A stretch of 64,000 nucleotides of DNA, from positions 2,432,001 through 2,496,000 of the forward strand of contig CBDFIJ010000004.1 of assembly GCA_965248055.1 (NCBI GenBank). The letters run 5' to 3'. A program made the position numbers and the translations under genes. Under the pieces are notes generated by a model. That model saw nothing but the letters and a program-made list of their open reading frames with translations, was not told where the DNA came from and did no database searches. Source of the DNA: Candidatus Multivoradales bacterium. Its GTDB lineage: Bacteria > Acidobacteriota > Thermoanaerobaculia > Multivoradales > JAHEKO01. How positions within the stretch are numbered: the stretch's first letter is position 1; every line of letters begins with the position of its first letter. Shown here in pieces: positions 1 to 8,544 of this stretch.

Positions 1-130
1 TATCTCACGATCGGCAGCGGCGATCGGCGTACACCGCAACACGCTGAGAAACAAAGCGAGCAATCTGGGAATTCAGCCCAGCGAGAGCAGTCCCAAGAAA
101 ACGCGGAGAGTGGTCTCCGGCGAAGGCTAA
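1..130 (+). CDS. 3' end of Fis-family helix-turn-helix regulator (partial, runs off window start)
   Basis: Frame from base 2 reads ISRSAAAIGVHRNTLRNKASNLGIQ..., a Fis/HTH_8-type motif (A..IGVHRNTL..K); TAA at 128-130. Not in the ORF track. Confidence 0.7.
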   Translation, partial: ISRSAAAIGVHRNTLRNKASNLGIQPSESSPKKTRRVVSGEG

Positions 131-252
131 AAGAGACCGCCAGCTCGCCACCGATTGCGCAGCCCAGCGATCAGGGTGCTCAGCGACATCCCGTCCACCC
201 AACTCAATCGAGCCGGTTGAAGCGCCCAAGGGCGATCCCAGAGAAGGACCTA

Positions 253-408
253 TTAACTGTCGGAGTTGTTGTCGTCGCCCTCGTTGAGGCCGCTCTTGAA
301 GTTGCGAATCCCTTGACCTAAGCCTTTGCCTAGCTGCGGCAGTTTGGAGGCGCCAAACAGCACCAGAACAATGAGCAAAATGATAATCAGTTCTTGGGGT
401 CCGGGCAT
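253..408 (-). CDS. tatA: twin-arginine translocase subunit TatA/TatE (51 aa)
   Basis: Manual translation MPGPQELIIILLIVLVLFGASKLPQLGKGLGQGIRNFKSGLNEGDDNNSDS*: TM helix, FG hinge, KLP, amphipathic helix ending in FK. Below the ORF-track cutoff. Confidence 0.95.
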   Translation of the reverse strand: MPGPQELIIILLIVLVLFGASKLPQLGKGLGQGIRNFKSGLNEGDDNNSDS

Positions 409-484
409 GGTGAATTTCTCCGTAGTGGGAATCAGTCTAGCACCGCGCGAGGGTGCTGGAGCCGTGAACTCGAACCGGCGCGCT

Positions 485-1453
485 CTAGAAAACCAGATCT
501 GTCAACCAGTCAGATCGAAGCTCGACTCCGTGCTCATGGGTCTCAGGCAGAGCTTCGAGGTGATCGACAAATCGATGCAGAGTCGGGACGATCAACCGTT
601 GATGACTGGGATTTCCTTGTGTCGCGGCACGCGCATAGCTGCCTACCGCTTTGAGAGTGCGCTGCGCGCCAAGGGCGCTGTAGGCAGCTCTACCCAACTT
701 GGGTAGCGATTCTTTTTGTATCGAATCTACGACTTGGTGGGGCGGAAACAAGCTGTCATTCATCAAGGAGACGAAGTCATAACCCATAGGAGCCAGGCGC
801 AGATCTTGATGGTCGATGACCCCGATGTTGCCGTCTGCCATCGGCACCAGGTTCCTGACCATGAAGTCGCGATGCGCGGGTTCGAGTGGTAGCGCACTGA
901 CGGTGTCGATTACCTGCCCGCAGACGATTTCAAGGGTCCGCCGAATCGATAGGGCTGCTGGGTCGCCTGAAAACAGCAGGTGCTCGAGTGTGGTTTCTAA
1001 TTCTGTGGCAAGCACCGACGCGTCGAGTGGCGGAAGTAACGACGATTGGGCCGAGAGATCCAGTCTGCGGATCTTGGCCACGATCTCTGCGGAGCGGGCA
1101 AACTTCGCCCGGTCTGAGTCCTGATATTGGGCTCCTGGCACATACCAAGGCGATTCGCCGAGGTCTTCGAGCAGCATCATCCGGTGGCTAGGATCGGCAG
1201 CCAGCACGGCTGGAACGCGGATTCCCGCCGCCGCTAAAATCTCGGTGCTCGCCAAGAATCGCTCTGCAATGAACCACTGGTTGTGGGGATAGCGGCAGAT
1301 AATCCAAGTGTCGAATCCTGAGTAGAGGCGACAATAGAGACGACTCGAAACGTCTCCCTGCAGAGCGGCGCCGCGCTCAATGTTCCATCCCTGAGCGCGG
1401 GCAAAAGCGATTGCCTGCTCGATGGTGTGGGTTGTTGTGCTGTGGTTAGCCAA
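485..1453 (-). CDS. aminoglycoside phosphotransferase family protein (AmgK-like MurNAc/GlcNAc kinase)
   Basis: GDVSSRLYCR, LLEDLG, HRDFMVRNL and IDHQD motifs; QRTLKAVG resembles the AmgK C-terminus. Confidence 0.75.
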   Translation of the reverse strand: MANHSTTTHTIEQAIAFARAQGWNIERGAALQGDVSSRLYCRLYSGFDTWIICRYPHNQWFIAERFLASTEILAAAGIRVPAVLAADPSHRMMLLEDLGESPWYVPGAQYQDSDRAKFARSAEIVAKIRRLDLSAQSSLLPPLDASVLATELETTLEHLLFSGDPAALSIRRTLEIVCGQVIDTVSALPLEPAHRDFMVRNLVPMADGNIGVIDHQDLRLAPMGYDFVSLMNDSLFPPHQVVDSIQKESLPKLGRAAYSALGAQRTLKAVGSYARAATQGNPSHQRLIVPTLHRFVDHLEALPETHEHGVELRSDWLTDLVF

Positions 1454-1514
1454 GGATTGTCCGGCGATTCATGGTGCAAATGGAATTGTACTTCCGTAGA
1501 TGGTGGACGCGGGT

Positions 1515-1543
1515 TTGACAGTTATCAAGCTCAGTGGTGAAAT
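1515..1543 (+). promoter_or_regulatory. sigma70-type promoter
   Basis: TTGACA (1515-1520), 17-nt spacer, TG-n-TGAAAT (1538-1543), 8 nt before ATG 1552. Confidence 0.5.
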
Positions 1544-1551
1544 CGACTCGA

Positions 1552-1896
1552 ATGATGCCACACGATCAAGACATGGAAGGTCTGCTGCAAGAGTTGGAAG
1601 TGCTTTTCCTGGGAGCGATTTCCAAGACACCGTCCACCCGGCGAAAAATCGAGCAGTTGCGTCGAGATGGCTATCAACTGGCATTGCGGTTGGAGTGCCA
1701 TCGAGACGAAGAGGTCGCCGCAGAGACCGAGCTAGTTACCGGCCCCGATGAGTGCGCGACCTGGTTGCAAGCCCCCGCTGGTAGCCGACGACAACCCCAG
1801 TTCATGATCGACCGTGGCGATTTCACTTTTCTTCGCTCGATCGGTATTGATCCGACCCGAAAAGCTAGCTCACGCTCCTCGCGCGAGCGGGACTGA
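1552..1896 (+). CDS. hypothetical protein
   Basis: ORF filling the gap before rlmN on the same strand; ATG 1552 fits the promoter; ends FLRSIGIDPTRK. Confidence 0.65.
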   Translation: MMPHDQDMEGLLQELEVLFLGAISKTPSTRRKIEQLRRDGYQLALRLECHRDEEVAAETELVTGPDECATWLQAPAGSRRQPQFMIDRGDFTFLRSIGIDPTRKASSRSSRERD

Positions 1897-1934
1897 CGGT
1901 CCTGACCACTGCTGCTGAAGAACCAACTCTCGAC

Positions 1935-2990
1935 ATGCGTCTTGACCTGTTGGGGCTAAGTCGTGAGGAACTCGCTCGTTTGTTGGTCGAGGAAATCGAT
2001 CGCCCGTTTCGGGTTGACCAGTTGTTTACTCATCTCTACAGCCAGGGGCTGGGATCGTTCGACCAGATGATCACTCTGTCGCGGACTCTGCGAGACCAGT
2101 TGGATGCCAAATACCGTATCGGCCATTTGTCGTTGAAGTCCGAACACCAATCGAACGACGGCACTCGGAAGTTGCTCTTCGAGCTAGAGGACGCAGTAAC
2201 TATTGAGACCGTCGATATTCCGGATCCAAAACGGCGAACGCTCTGTCTCTCGAGCCAGGCCGGGTGTGCTTTGGCCTGCCAGTTTTGTGTTACCGGTTAT
2301 TGGGGTGCAGGTCGCAATCTGACCGCCGGAGAGATCGTTGCTCAGGTGCTTGGGGCTCGTGGGCGACTCTCGTACGGCGAGTCGGTGAATTTGGTGTTTA
2401 TGGGTATGGGGGAGCCGTTGCTCAATTTGGCGGCGGTCAAACAAGCGCTGGATGTCCTCACTGACGCCATCTCTTGGCGCCGCATCACCGTGTCGACGGT
2501 AGGCATCTTGCCGGGGTTGGAAGAAATGGCCTCGTGGCCCAAGCGACCCAATCTGGCGATTTCGTTGCACGCCCCAGACGATCAACGACGCAGCCAACTG
2601 ATGCCGGTCAACCTGACCTATCCCTTAGCCGAGTTGATGCAATTGCTACGAAAGTTTCCCTTGGAGCGCGGTCGGCGGATTACCTTTGAGTATGTATTGA
2701 TCGATGGATTCAACGATCACTTAGACGATGCATTGGCGCTGGTGTCGTTGCTGCGATCGGTACCGGGCAAGGTCAATTTGATTCCGGTCAATGCAGATCC
2801 GGTGTTGGGGGAAGAGATGGTTCCCCCTCCTAAGGAGCGAACCCAGAAATTCGCGGAACTGCTTCGCAACAGGGGTGTTTTCACCACCATCCGCAAGCGT
2901 CGGGGTGACGATGTTTCCGCGGCGTGTGGCCAACTGCGGGCTCAAGATCGGGAGCCTCGCGGCTTTCGCCGCAGCAATCTAAGGTTCTAG
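1935..2990 (+). CDS. rlmN: 23S rRNA (adenine2503-C2)-methyltransferase RlmN
   Basis: SSQAGCALACQFC radical-SAM motif, MGMGEP, ISLHA, AACGQL. Confidence 0.96.
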   Translation: MRLDLLGLSREELARLLVEEIDRPFRVDQLFTHLYSQGLGSFDQMITLSRTLRDQLDAKYRIGHLSLKSEHQSNDGTRKLLFELEDAVTIETVDIPDPKRRTLCLSSQAGCALACQFCVTGYWGAGRNLTAGEIVAQVLGARGRLSYGESVNLVFMGMGEPLLNLAAVKQALDVLTDAISWRRITVSTVGILPGLEEMASWPKRPNLAISLHAPDDQRRSQLMPVNLTYPLAELMQLLRKFPLERGRRITFEYVLIDGFNDHLDDALALVSLLRSVPGKVNLIPVNADPVLGEEMVPPPKERTQKFAELLRNRGVFTTIRKRRGDDVSAACGQLRAQDREPRGFRRSNLRF

Positions 2991-3130
2991 CAGCCTGGTG
3001 AAAAAGTCGCAGATTTGGCGGTTTGAGGATCAATTTTGCACCGACCGTCGGCGTAACTCCTTTGTTTTAGTCTTCTGAACGAGCCATCGCATGTTTTTCG
3101 GCACCCTCAAAATCGTTTTTCAGCAGGCTC
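2991..3130. mobile_element. 140-bp MITE (non-autonomous IS derivative)
   Basis: Left end CAGCCTGGTGAAAAA (2991-3005); right end reverse complement GAGCCTGCTGAAAAA (3116-3130), 13/15 identical; CTAG directly flanks both ends (2987-2990, 3131-3134); no coding capacity. Confidence 0.75.
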
Positions 3131-3285
3131 CTAGGGGGAGCCGCAAACGTGTGGCGGTTGGTTTTTGAATTTGGCCGCGCAAAAATCTTGGTGTCCATTT
3201 GTTGGCGCTGCGTAGGGATGCGAATTTTTTCTGTTATCTAATAGGGACAAAACCGCCGCAATAACCGATCGTTCGTAAGCAAATC

Positions 3286-4965
3286 ATGCCTAGTCTCCCA
3301 GCCGAATTTTCCGCTCTCAAGTCTCGGAAGTGGTTTGTACCCACACTGTTGGTTGCCGGGGCGCTGATGTTCTTAGGCTTCCGTCTAGGTGCCCGCGATC
3401 TGTGGAACCCCAATGAGGCGATCTACGGCCGAGCCGTGGTTGAGATGGCGGAGAACGGCGAATGGCTGGTGCCGTCTCTGAACGGGGAGTCATTCTCCGA
3501 GAAACCAATATTGTATTACTGGCTGTCGGGTCTTGCTCATCGGCTCACCGGGTCGATCAACGAAGTGACCCTGCGGTTGCCATCTCTGGGCGCTGGGGTG
3601 CTCAGTGTCTTGTTCATGTTTTTCTTGGTGCGTCCCTACGCAGGCACTAAGCGGGCGGCCCTAGCGTCACTGTTGCTGATGACCCAATACCAAGTTTGGT
3701 GGGCGTCCCGTTCGGTGCAGATGGACATCTTGGTGATGACCTGTACTTTGGCTACCTTGTTGCCGCTGACTCGTATGCTCGACCATGGGTTGTCGCGTCG
3801 CTGGGCCTGGAGCTTGGCTGGGGTTGCGGTCGGTTTGGGCTTTTCCGCCAAGGGACCGGTGGCCGTGGTCATTCCAGGTCTCGCATTTCTGGGTTTTGTA
3901 GCGCTCGATCGACGATCTTGGCGCCAGTGGTTGCCAGGGATTCACTGGGGGGTGCTGTTCGGGATCCTGTTGGGGGCACCGTGGTATTTGGCGCTGGCCG
4001 TCTCCGGCAATATCGAAGTCATCAAAGAGGTGTTACTGCGGCAGAATCTAAGTCGATTCGTCGAAGCCTGGGACCACCAACAACCTTGGTGGTACTACGC
4101 GCAGTATTTCTGGAGTGATTTCTTCCCCTGGTCTTGGTTGATCCCCGCAGCAGCGTTCCTAAGGCCGCGAGCGGAAGCTGAGCGCTCCCTCCATCATTGG
4201 GCCTGGGCCTGGATCGCCACAGTGTTCGTGTTTCTCTCGTTGTCCGACAGCAAGCGGGCTCCCTACATGCTGCCGATCGCACCAGCAATCGCGGTGCTAG
4301 CGTCGTCGGTGGTGGCACGAGTCGAGGAACGAGTGGAGAGATCGGCGACCACCGTGGCGGCTTGGATTGCGATGGTTCTGCTGGCGGTAGTGAGCATCGC
4401 TGGCGGGGTCGCCATCGTCCTAGAGTCCGCCCGTTGGAGCGCCGAGTCCTTCGCACAGTACCTGCCAATCGTCGCGGTGATCTTGGCGGCGATGGGACTA
4501 GCCATTGGCTTCGGTTTTCTCCTCCGATCAACACGATCGTATTGGGCTACCCGCGGTGCTTTGGTCGGGGTTGCCCTGATTTACATCCTGGCAGCTGGCT
4601 GGCTGCTTCCCAGCGTTAATCCGCGCAAGTCGGAACGTTTTTTCATGCAACAAGTCGATGCGATTGCCGGATCCGACACAGAACTGGTGTCGTTTCAGAT
4701 CCCCTATCGCCACGCCGGTTTTCTCTACTATGGGAATCGGCGAGTACCCAACTACGATCATCTGGATGACCTTGAACAGAAAGTTTGTGCGCATCAATCT
4801 GGGGCACCGTGGTTGATCGCCCAAGGTCCGGGGCTCGAAGCACTGGCCACAGAGTTCGCTTCGTTACCGACGCTGATGGAACGGGATATTGGTAGCCGCC
4901 GTGCTGGGTTAATCACTGCGGACGCTTTGTGTTCAGCGATTTCATCGAATCGGAGGGTGGAGTAG
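3286..4965 (+). CDS. ArnT/PMT-like GT-C membrane glycosyltransferase
   Basis: LWNPNEAIY, EKPILYYW, RLPS, AKGPV, HQQPWWYY and KRAPYMLP motifs; multi-TM. Confidence 0.88.
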   Translation: MPSLPAEFSALKSRKWFVPTLLVAGALMFLGFRLGARDLWNPNEAIYGRAVVEMAENGEWLVPSLNGESFSEKPILYYWLSGLAHRLTGSINEVTLRLPSLGAGVLSVLFMFFLVRPYAGTKRAALASLLLMTQYQVWWASRSVQMDILVMTCTLATLLPLTRMLDHGLSRRWAWSLAGVAVGLGFSAKGPVAVVIPGLAFLGFVALDRRSWRQWLPGIHWGVLFGILLGAPWYLALAVSGNIEVIKEVLLRQNLSRFVEAWDHQQPWWYYAQYFWSDFFPWSWLIPAAAFLRPRAEAERSLHHWAWAWIATVFVFLSLSDSKRAPYMLPIAPAIAVLASSVVARVEERVERSATTVAAWIAMVLLAVVSIAGGVAIVLESARWSAESFAQYLPIVAVILAAMGLAIGFGFLLRSTRSYWATRGALVGVALIYILAAGWLLPSVNPRKSERFFMQQVDAIAGSDTELVSFQIPYRHAGFLYYGNRRVPNYDHLDDLEQKVCAHQSGAPWLIAQGPGLEALATEFASLPTLMERDIGSRRAGLITADALCSAISSNRRVE

Positions 4966-5733
4966 GTGGAGCAGTATTGTCGGTGTTTGTCGGTGGTCAT
5001 TCCCGCCTACAACGAAGGATCACGGCTCGGACCGACGTTGGATCGGATCCTTTCCTATTTGAAGTCCTGGGATGGCACTTGGGAGCTGATCGTTGTCGAT
5101 GACGGCAGTACGGATGACACAGTCGCGGTGGCACAGCAACGACGCAATCCAGAGCTCAAAGTGGTGTCGCTTGGGCGCAATCGTGGCAAAGGGTGCGCCG
5201 CTCGCAGGGGGGTTTTGGAGAGCCGCGGTTGTCTGATTCTGATTACTGATGCCGACCTTTCGACCCCGATCGAAGACCTAGATTTACTTTGCCGAGAGTT
5301 GCCGCGGGCAACGCTGGTAATCGGAAGTCGTGATCTACCCGAGTCCAACTTGGTAGTGCCACAAAGTTTCTTGCGTCGATTGAGCGGCAAGGTCTTCCGA
5401 ACCGCAGTGGCGCTGGCAGGGGTTCGGGGAGTTCGCGACAGCCAATGCGGCTTCAAGTTGATACAAGGAGGCGTCGGGCGAGCCGCTTTCGAGGCCATGA
5501 TCACCGAAGGATTCGCTTTCGACGTTGAGCTTATTTGGTTGGTGCAGCGGGTCGGTTTGGTGGTTAGCGAAGTTCCAGTGACCTGGGCGGACTCGCAAGG
5601 CTCGCGGGTCAACATGCTTTTCGACCCATGGCGGATGCTGATGGAGATGGTCCGTTTTCGCATCCGTCATCGAAGCGGGAACCAGCAGCTGGCATCTTCG
5701 GTTGAGCTCGCGCTGCACGACCTCGACCGCTAG
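4966..5733 (+). CDS. GT2 polyprenyl/dolichyl-phosphate glycosyltransferase
   Basis: VVIPAYNE, VDDGSTD, NRGKG, DADLSTP, DSQCGFK, FAFDVE. Confidence 0.9.
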   Translation: MEQYCRCLSVVIPAYNEGSRLGPTLDRILSYLKSWDGTWELIVVDDGSTDDTVAVAQQRRNPELKVVSLGRNRGKGCAARRGVLESRGCLILITDADLSTPIEDLDLLCRELPRATLVIGSRDLPESNLVVPQSFLRRLSGKVFRTAVALAGVRGVRDSQCGFKLIQGGVGRAAFEAMITEGFAFDVELIWLVQRVGLVVSEVPVTWADSQGSRVNMLFDPWRMLMEMVRFRIRHRSGNQQLASSVELALHDLDR

Positions 5734-5768
5734 CCTCCCTGAGAGAGTCGAATAGGTTTTCGTTGTGT

Positions 5769-6455
5769 TCAGGGGTCGAGGGTAATTGCCGCTAGGTTGC
5801 GCCCAGCGTGGACTCCATCGCGACGATAGCTCCACAGAGACTCTGGCGAGCATTGGGTACACGTTCTCACTTGCACCACATGATCTCCTGACTTGAGTTG
5901 CAACTGAGACAACACCGCCAGCCCAAGGTCTAGATGAGGATTGTTCGCGGGCTTGTAGACGACCGACCGCTTGGAAACAACCTGGGCAACACGGTCTGCC
6001 ACTTGGTTGCCGACTTGGTAGCAGCACGGGCCGATGTGCGGGCCGATCCAGACATTGAGTGCCTGGGTTGGGTCCAAGTTCTCCTGCACCGACCGAGGCA
6101 CGATTTCGCCAGCAATTCCACGCCAACCGGCGTGGATCGCCAGCGTAGTGCTGCCGTCAAACAAGAGAATCGGCACGCAGTCGGCGGTGGCAATCAAGGA
6201 CGTCACTCCAGCTTGGTTTGAAGCGATTGCGTCCGCTGGAAGAAGGCAGCTTGCGGGCGGAACCACACGGATCGACGCCGAGTGAACTTGGCGAACAGAG
6301 GCCACTTGCGTGGGGGTCGGATGTAGCGGCCATGGGGTGGACCGATAGTCACCGATTGACTTGCCGATCAAGACCACGGTGGCACGACCTGAGCGGCCGC
6401 TCCAGTTCCATCCCGAGGGCGTGCGTTGAAGCTTTACGTTGTCTATGATCGGCAC
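5769..6455 (-). CDS. pgeF: polyphenol oxidase family / peptidoglycan editing factor PgeF (YfiH)
   Basis: QVH, TADCVP, HAGWRG, GPHIGPCCY, CTQC..WSYRR motifs; start uncertain (GTG 6455 or 6524). Confidence 0.85.
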   Translation of the reverse strand: MPIIDNVKLQRTPSGWNWSGRSGRATVVLIGKSIGDYRSTPWPLHPTPTQVASVRQVHSASIRVVPPASCLLPADAIASNQAGVTSLIATADCVPILLFDGSTTLAIHAGWRGIAGEIVPRSVQENLDPTQALNVWIGPHIGPCCYQVGNQVADRVAQVVSKRSVVYKPANNPHLDLGLAVLSQLQLKSGDHVVQVRTCTQCSPESLWSYRRDGVHAGRNLAAITLDP

Positions 6456-6529
6456 GAATCCGCCTAGCTGGGTCGATTCTGGCGCCCTGGATGAGCGTCT
6501 GCTGTAGCCTAGCGCCTCAGCCACTGATC

Positions 6530-7225
6530 ATGATCCGATTTCACCGCGTCCAACGACACTACGCCAACGGCCAGCGCGCCCTGGATGACATCAGTTTTGA
6601 AGTTAGACCTGGCCAGTTCGTGCTTTTGACCGGACCCAGTGGTGCGGGAAAGACCACATTGTTGCGTATGGTCTATCGCGGTGAGGTGCCGACCGCAGGC
6701 AAGGTGGTGATCAACGGTGTCGACATCGCGTCTTTGTCGCCACGCCGGGTGCCTTTTCTACGCCGTTCGATCGGCATTGTCTTTCAGGATTTTCACCTAG
6801 TGCAACATCGAACGGTTCTGGAGAACGTGGCTACCTTGCCACGAATTCTCGGCAGGTCGCGAGACGACCAGCTGAAACTCGCTCGCGAAGCCCTGGAGCG
6901 AGTCGAACTCGCCGACCGTATCGACGCCAAACCCACCGAGCTTTCCGGTGGCGAACAGCAGCGGGTCGCGGTTGCCCGCGCGATTGTTGAACGTCCTAGC
7001 ATTTTGGTTGCGGATGAACCGACCGGAAATCTTGACCCGCGGTTGTCAAGGGAGATGTACCGGTTGTTTGTTGAGATCAACCGTTTGGGTACCACCGTGT
7101 TGATCGCCACCCACGCACCAGATCGTGCACCGCTGGTCAATCCACGGGTGATTGTGCTCAGCCACGGGCGGCTGGTGGCGGACGCCATCTTGCGCAATGA
7201 AGGCTCCAAGGGAGGTGGGTCGTGA
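6530..7225 (+). CDS. ftsE: cell division ATP-binding protein FtsE
   Basis: GPSGAGKT, VPFLRRSIGIVFQDF, LSGGEQQRV, ADEPTGNLD; overlaps the ftsX start. Confidence 0.92.
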   Translation: MIRFHRVQRHYANGQRALDDISFEVRPGQFVLLTGPSGAGKTTLLRMVYRGEVPTAGKVVINGVDIASLSPRRVPFLRRSIGIVFQDFHLVQHRTVLENVATLPRILGRSRDDQLKLAREALERVELADRIDAKPTELSGGEQQRVAVARAIVERPSILVADEPTGNLDPRLSREMYRLFVEINRLGTTVLIATHAPDRAPLVNPRVIVLSHGRLVADAILRNEGSKGGGS

Positions 7226-8112
7226 GGGGGCTTCGGATCGCGGCTTATTTTCTGCGACACGGTTGGCGCTTAGCGGCTGGCAGTGGTCGTGATGTTGTAC
7301 TGGGAGTGTTGGCGATTGCCATGGCCTTGCTGCTGTGGGGCGTGGTATTACTAGTGGAAGAGAATCTTGGCCGCTCGATGAGCACCTTTGGAGGCGAGCT
7401 CAAGGTCCGGGCCTATCTCAACCCAGGGACCTCGGAAACCGAGCAACAAGAGCTGATGGAGACCCTGAGCTCATCCACCGTTCTTGAGGACCTGCGCACG
7501 GTGGCTGCGGACCAAGCGATGGAAGAATTGGCGACCGCATTTCCCGATCTTGCCTCGGTATCCGGCGCAGGGAGGGGCGTGGCGAGCGGTTATTTCGAGT
7601 GGAGTTGGCTTGCTGAAGTGTCCGACGAAGCTCGCCTAGCCTTGAGTGAAGAAGTCGCGGCGCAGTCCAGTGTCGCTTGGTTGGACGACGATCGACCTTG
7701 GCGCGGCAGACTGTTGACTGCGTCGGCGCGCTTGAGAACGATCGGAGTGGTGCTGGCGGCGCTGAGCGTTCTAGCTGCGGGTTTTGTCGCCGCTGCGGTA
7801 GTTAGGCTTTCGGCTTACCGTCACCGGGTGGAACTGGAAGTGGAGAGGCTCTCTGGGGCCACTGAACTCTATGTGCGTGCACCGTTTCTGGTCGCAGGGC
7901 TGCTGCAAGGACTTGCCGCCGCCGGGGTTGCACTAGGGCTGTTGTATGGATTTTGGAGTGGCACCCAAGGACTGGTTGGCGACACCATCTTGACGGATCT
8001 GATCGTCGACCAATTTCTGTCGCCCCTCAGGATCAACTTGGTGCTGGTTGTTGGTGCCGCTGCCGCCATGGCGGGAGCAGCCTTGGCGCTGGGAGAGTCT
8101 GCCGATTCTTAG
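7222..8112 (+). CDS. ftsX: cell division permease FtsX
   Basis: 4-TM topology with large periplasmic loop; ELEVERLSGATELYVRAPF motif; coupled to ftsE. Confidence 0.85.
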   Translation: MRGLRIAAYFLRHGWRLAAGSGRDVVLGVLAIAMALLLWGVVLLVEENLGRSMSTFGGELKVRAYLNPGTSETEQQELMETLSSSTVLEDLRTVAADQAMEELATAFPDLASVSGAGRGVASGYFEWSWLAEVSDEARLALSEEVAAQSSVAWLDDDRPWRGRLLTASARLRTIGVVLAALSVLAAGFVAAAVVRLSAYRHRVELEVERLSGATELYVRAPFLVAGLLQGLAAAGVALGLLYGFWSGTQGLVGDTILTDLIVDQFLSPLRINLVLVVGAAAAMAGAALALGESADS

Positions 8113-8357
8113 TCGGTCGAGCCACCACCTTGGATTCTGGCGAACTCCGCCAACACCTTCTGTTTTTCTCGTTCTATCGCTTGGAGCTCTCTTGCCCTCT
8201 GCTCCAGCTCTTGATTCTCGTTGTCGATCGCCAGACGGTAATTGCCTTCTTCGTAGGCGTCTACGCCTTCTTGCCAGCCCGCCAAAAGTGGAGCGGAGAA
8301 AACAAGAGCGCCAAGCAGCAATAGCCAACGATGAGTGCGGTTATTAGGTTGCATCAT
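8109..8357 (-). CDS. 82-aa exported protein, internally deleted paralog of the adjacent TPR protein
   Basis: GGAG RBS before ATG 8357; signal peptide; N- and C-termini align to the ends of 8545..9702. Confidence 0.75.
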   Translation of the reverse strand: MMQPNNRTHRWLLLLGALVFSAPLLAGWQEGVDAYEEGNYRLAIDNENQELEQRARELQAIEREKQKVLAEFARIQGGGSTD

Positions 8358-8492
8358 TGAGTCTCCAATCCCCAAAAGGTGGGCGCGCCGCGAATGGGTG
8401 GTGCAAAAGGAACGCCACTCGCACGCATTAGCCTGCGACTGATATTTAGACGGCACAGCGGGGACGTAAGTTCCCTAAGGCAGCCACACGAG

Positions 8493-8522
8493 AAAAAAGG
8501 CCACCCTTCTGGGCGGCCTTTC
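8493..8522 (-). terminator. Rho-independent terminator after the TPR gene
   Basis: Minus strand AAGGCCGCCC-AGAA-GGGTGGCCTT followed by a U-run. Confidence 0.8.
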
Positions 8523-8544
8523 GACTGATCGTTGTCGTTGGCTA

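Noticed and set aside
5-229. 74-aa minus-strand ORF in the track
   Set aside because: Overlaps the better supported Fis-type HTH gene end on the + strand and has no motifs.
326-706. 126-aa plus-strand ORF in the track
   Set aside because: Antisense to tatA and to the phosphotransferase gene.
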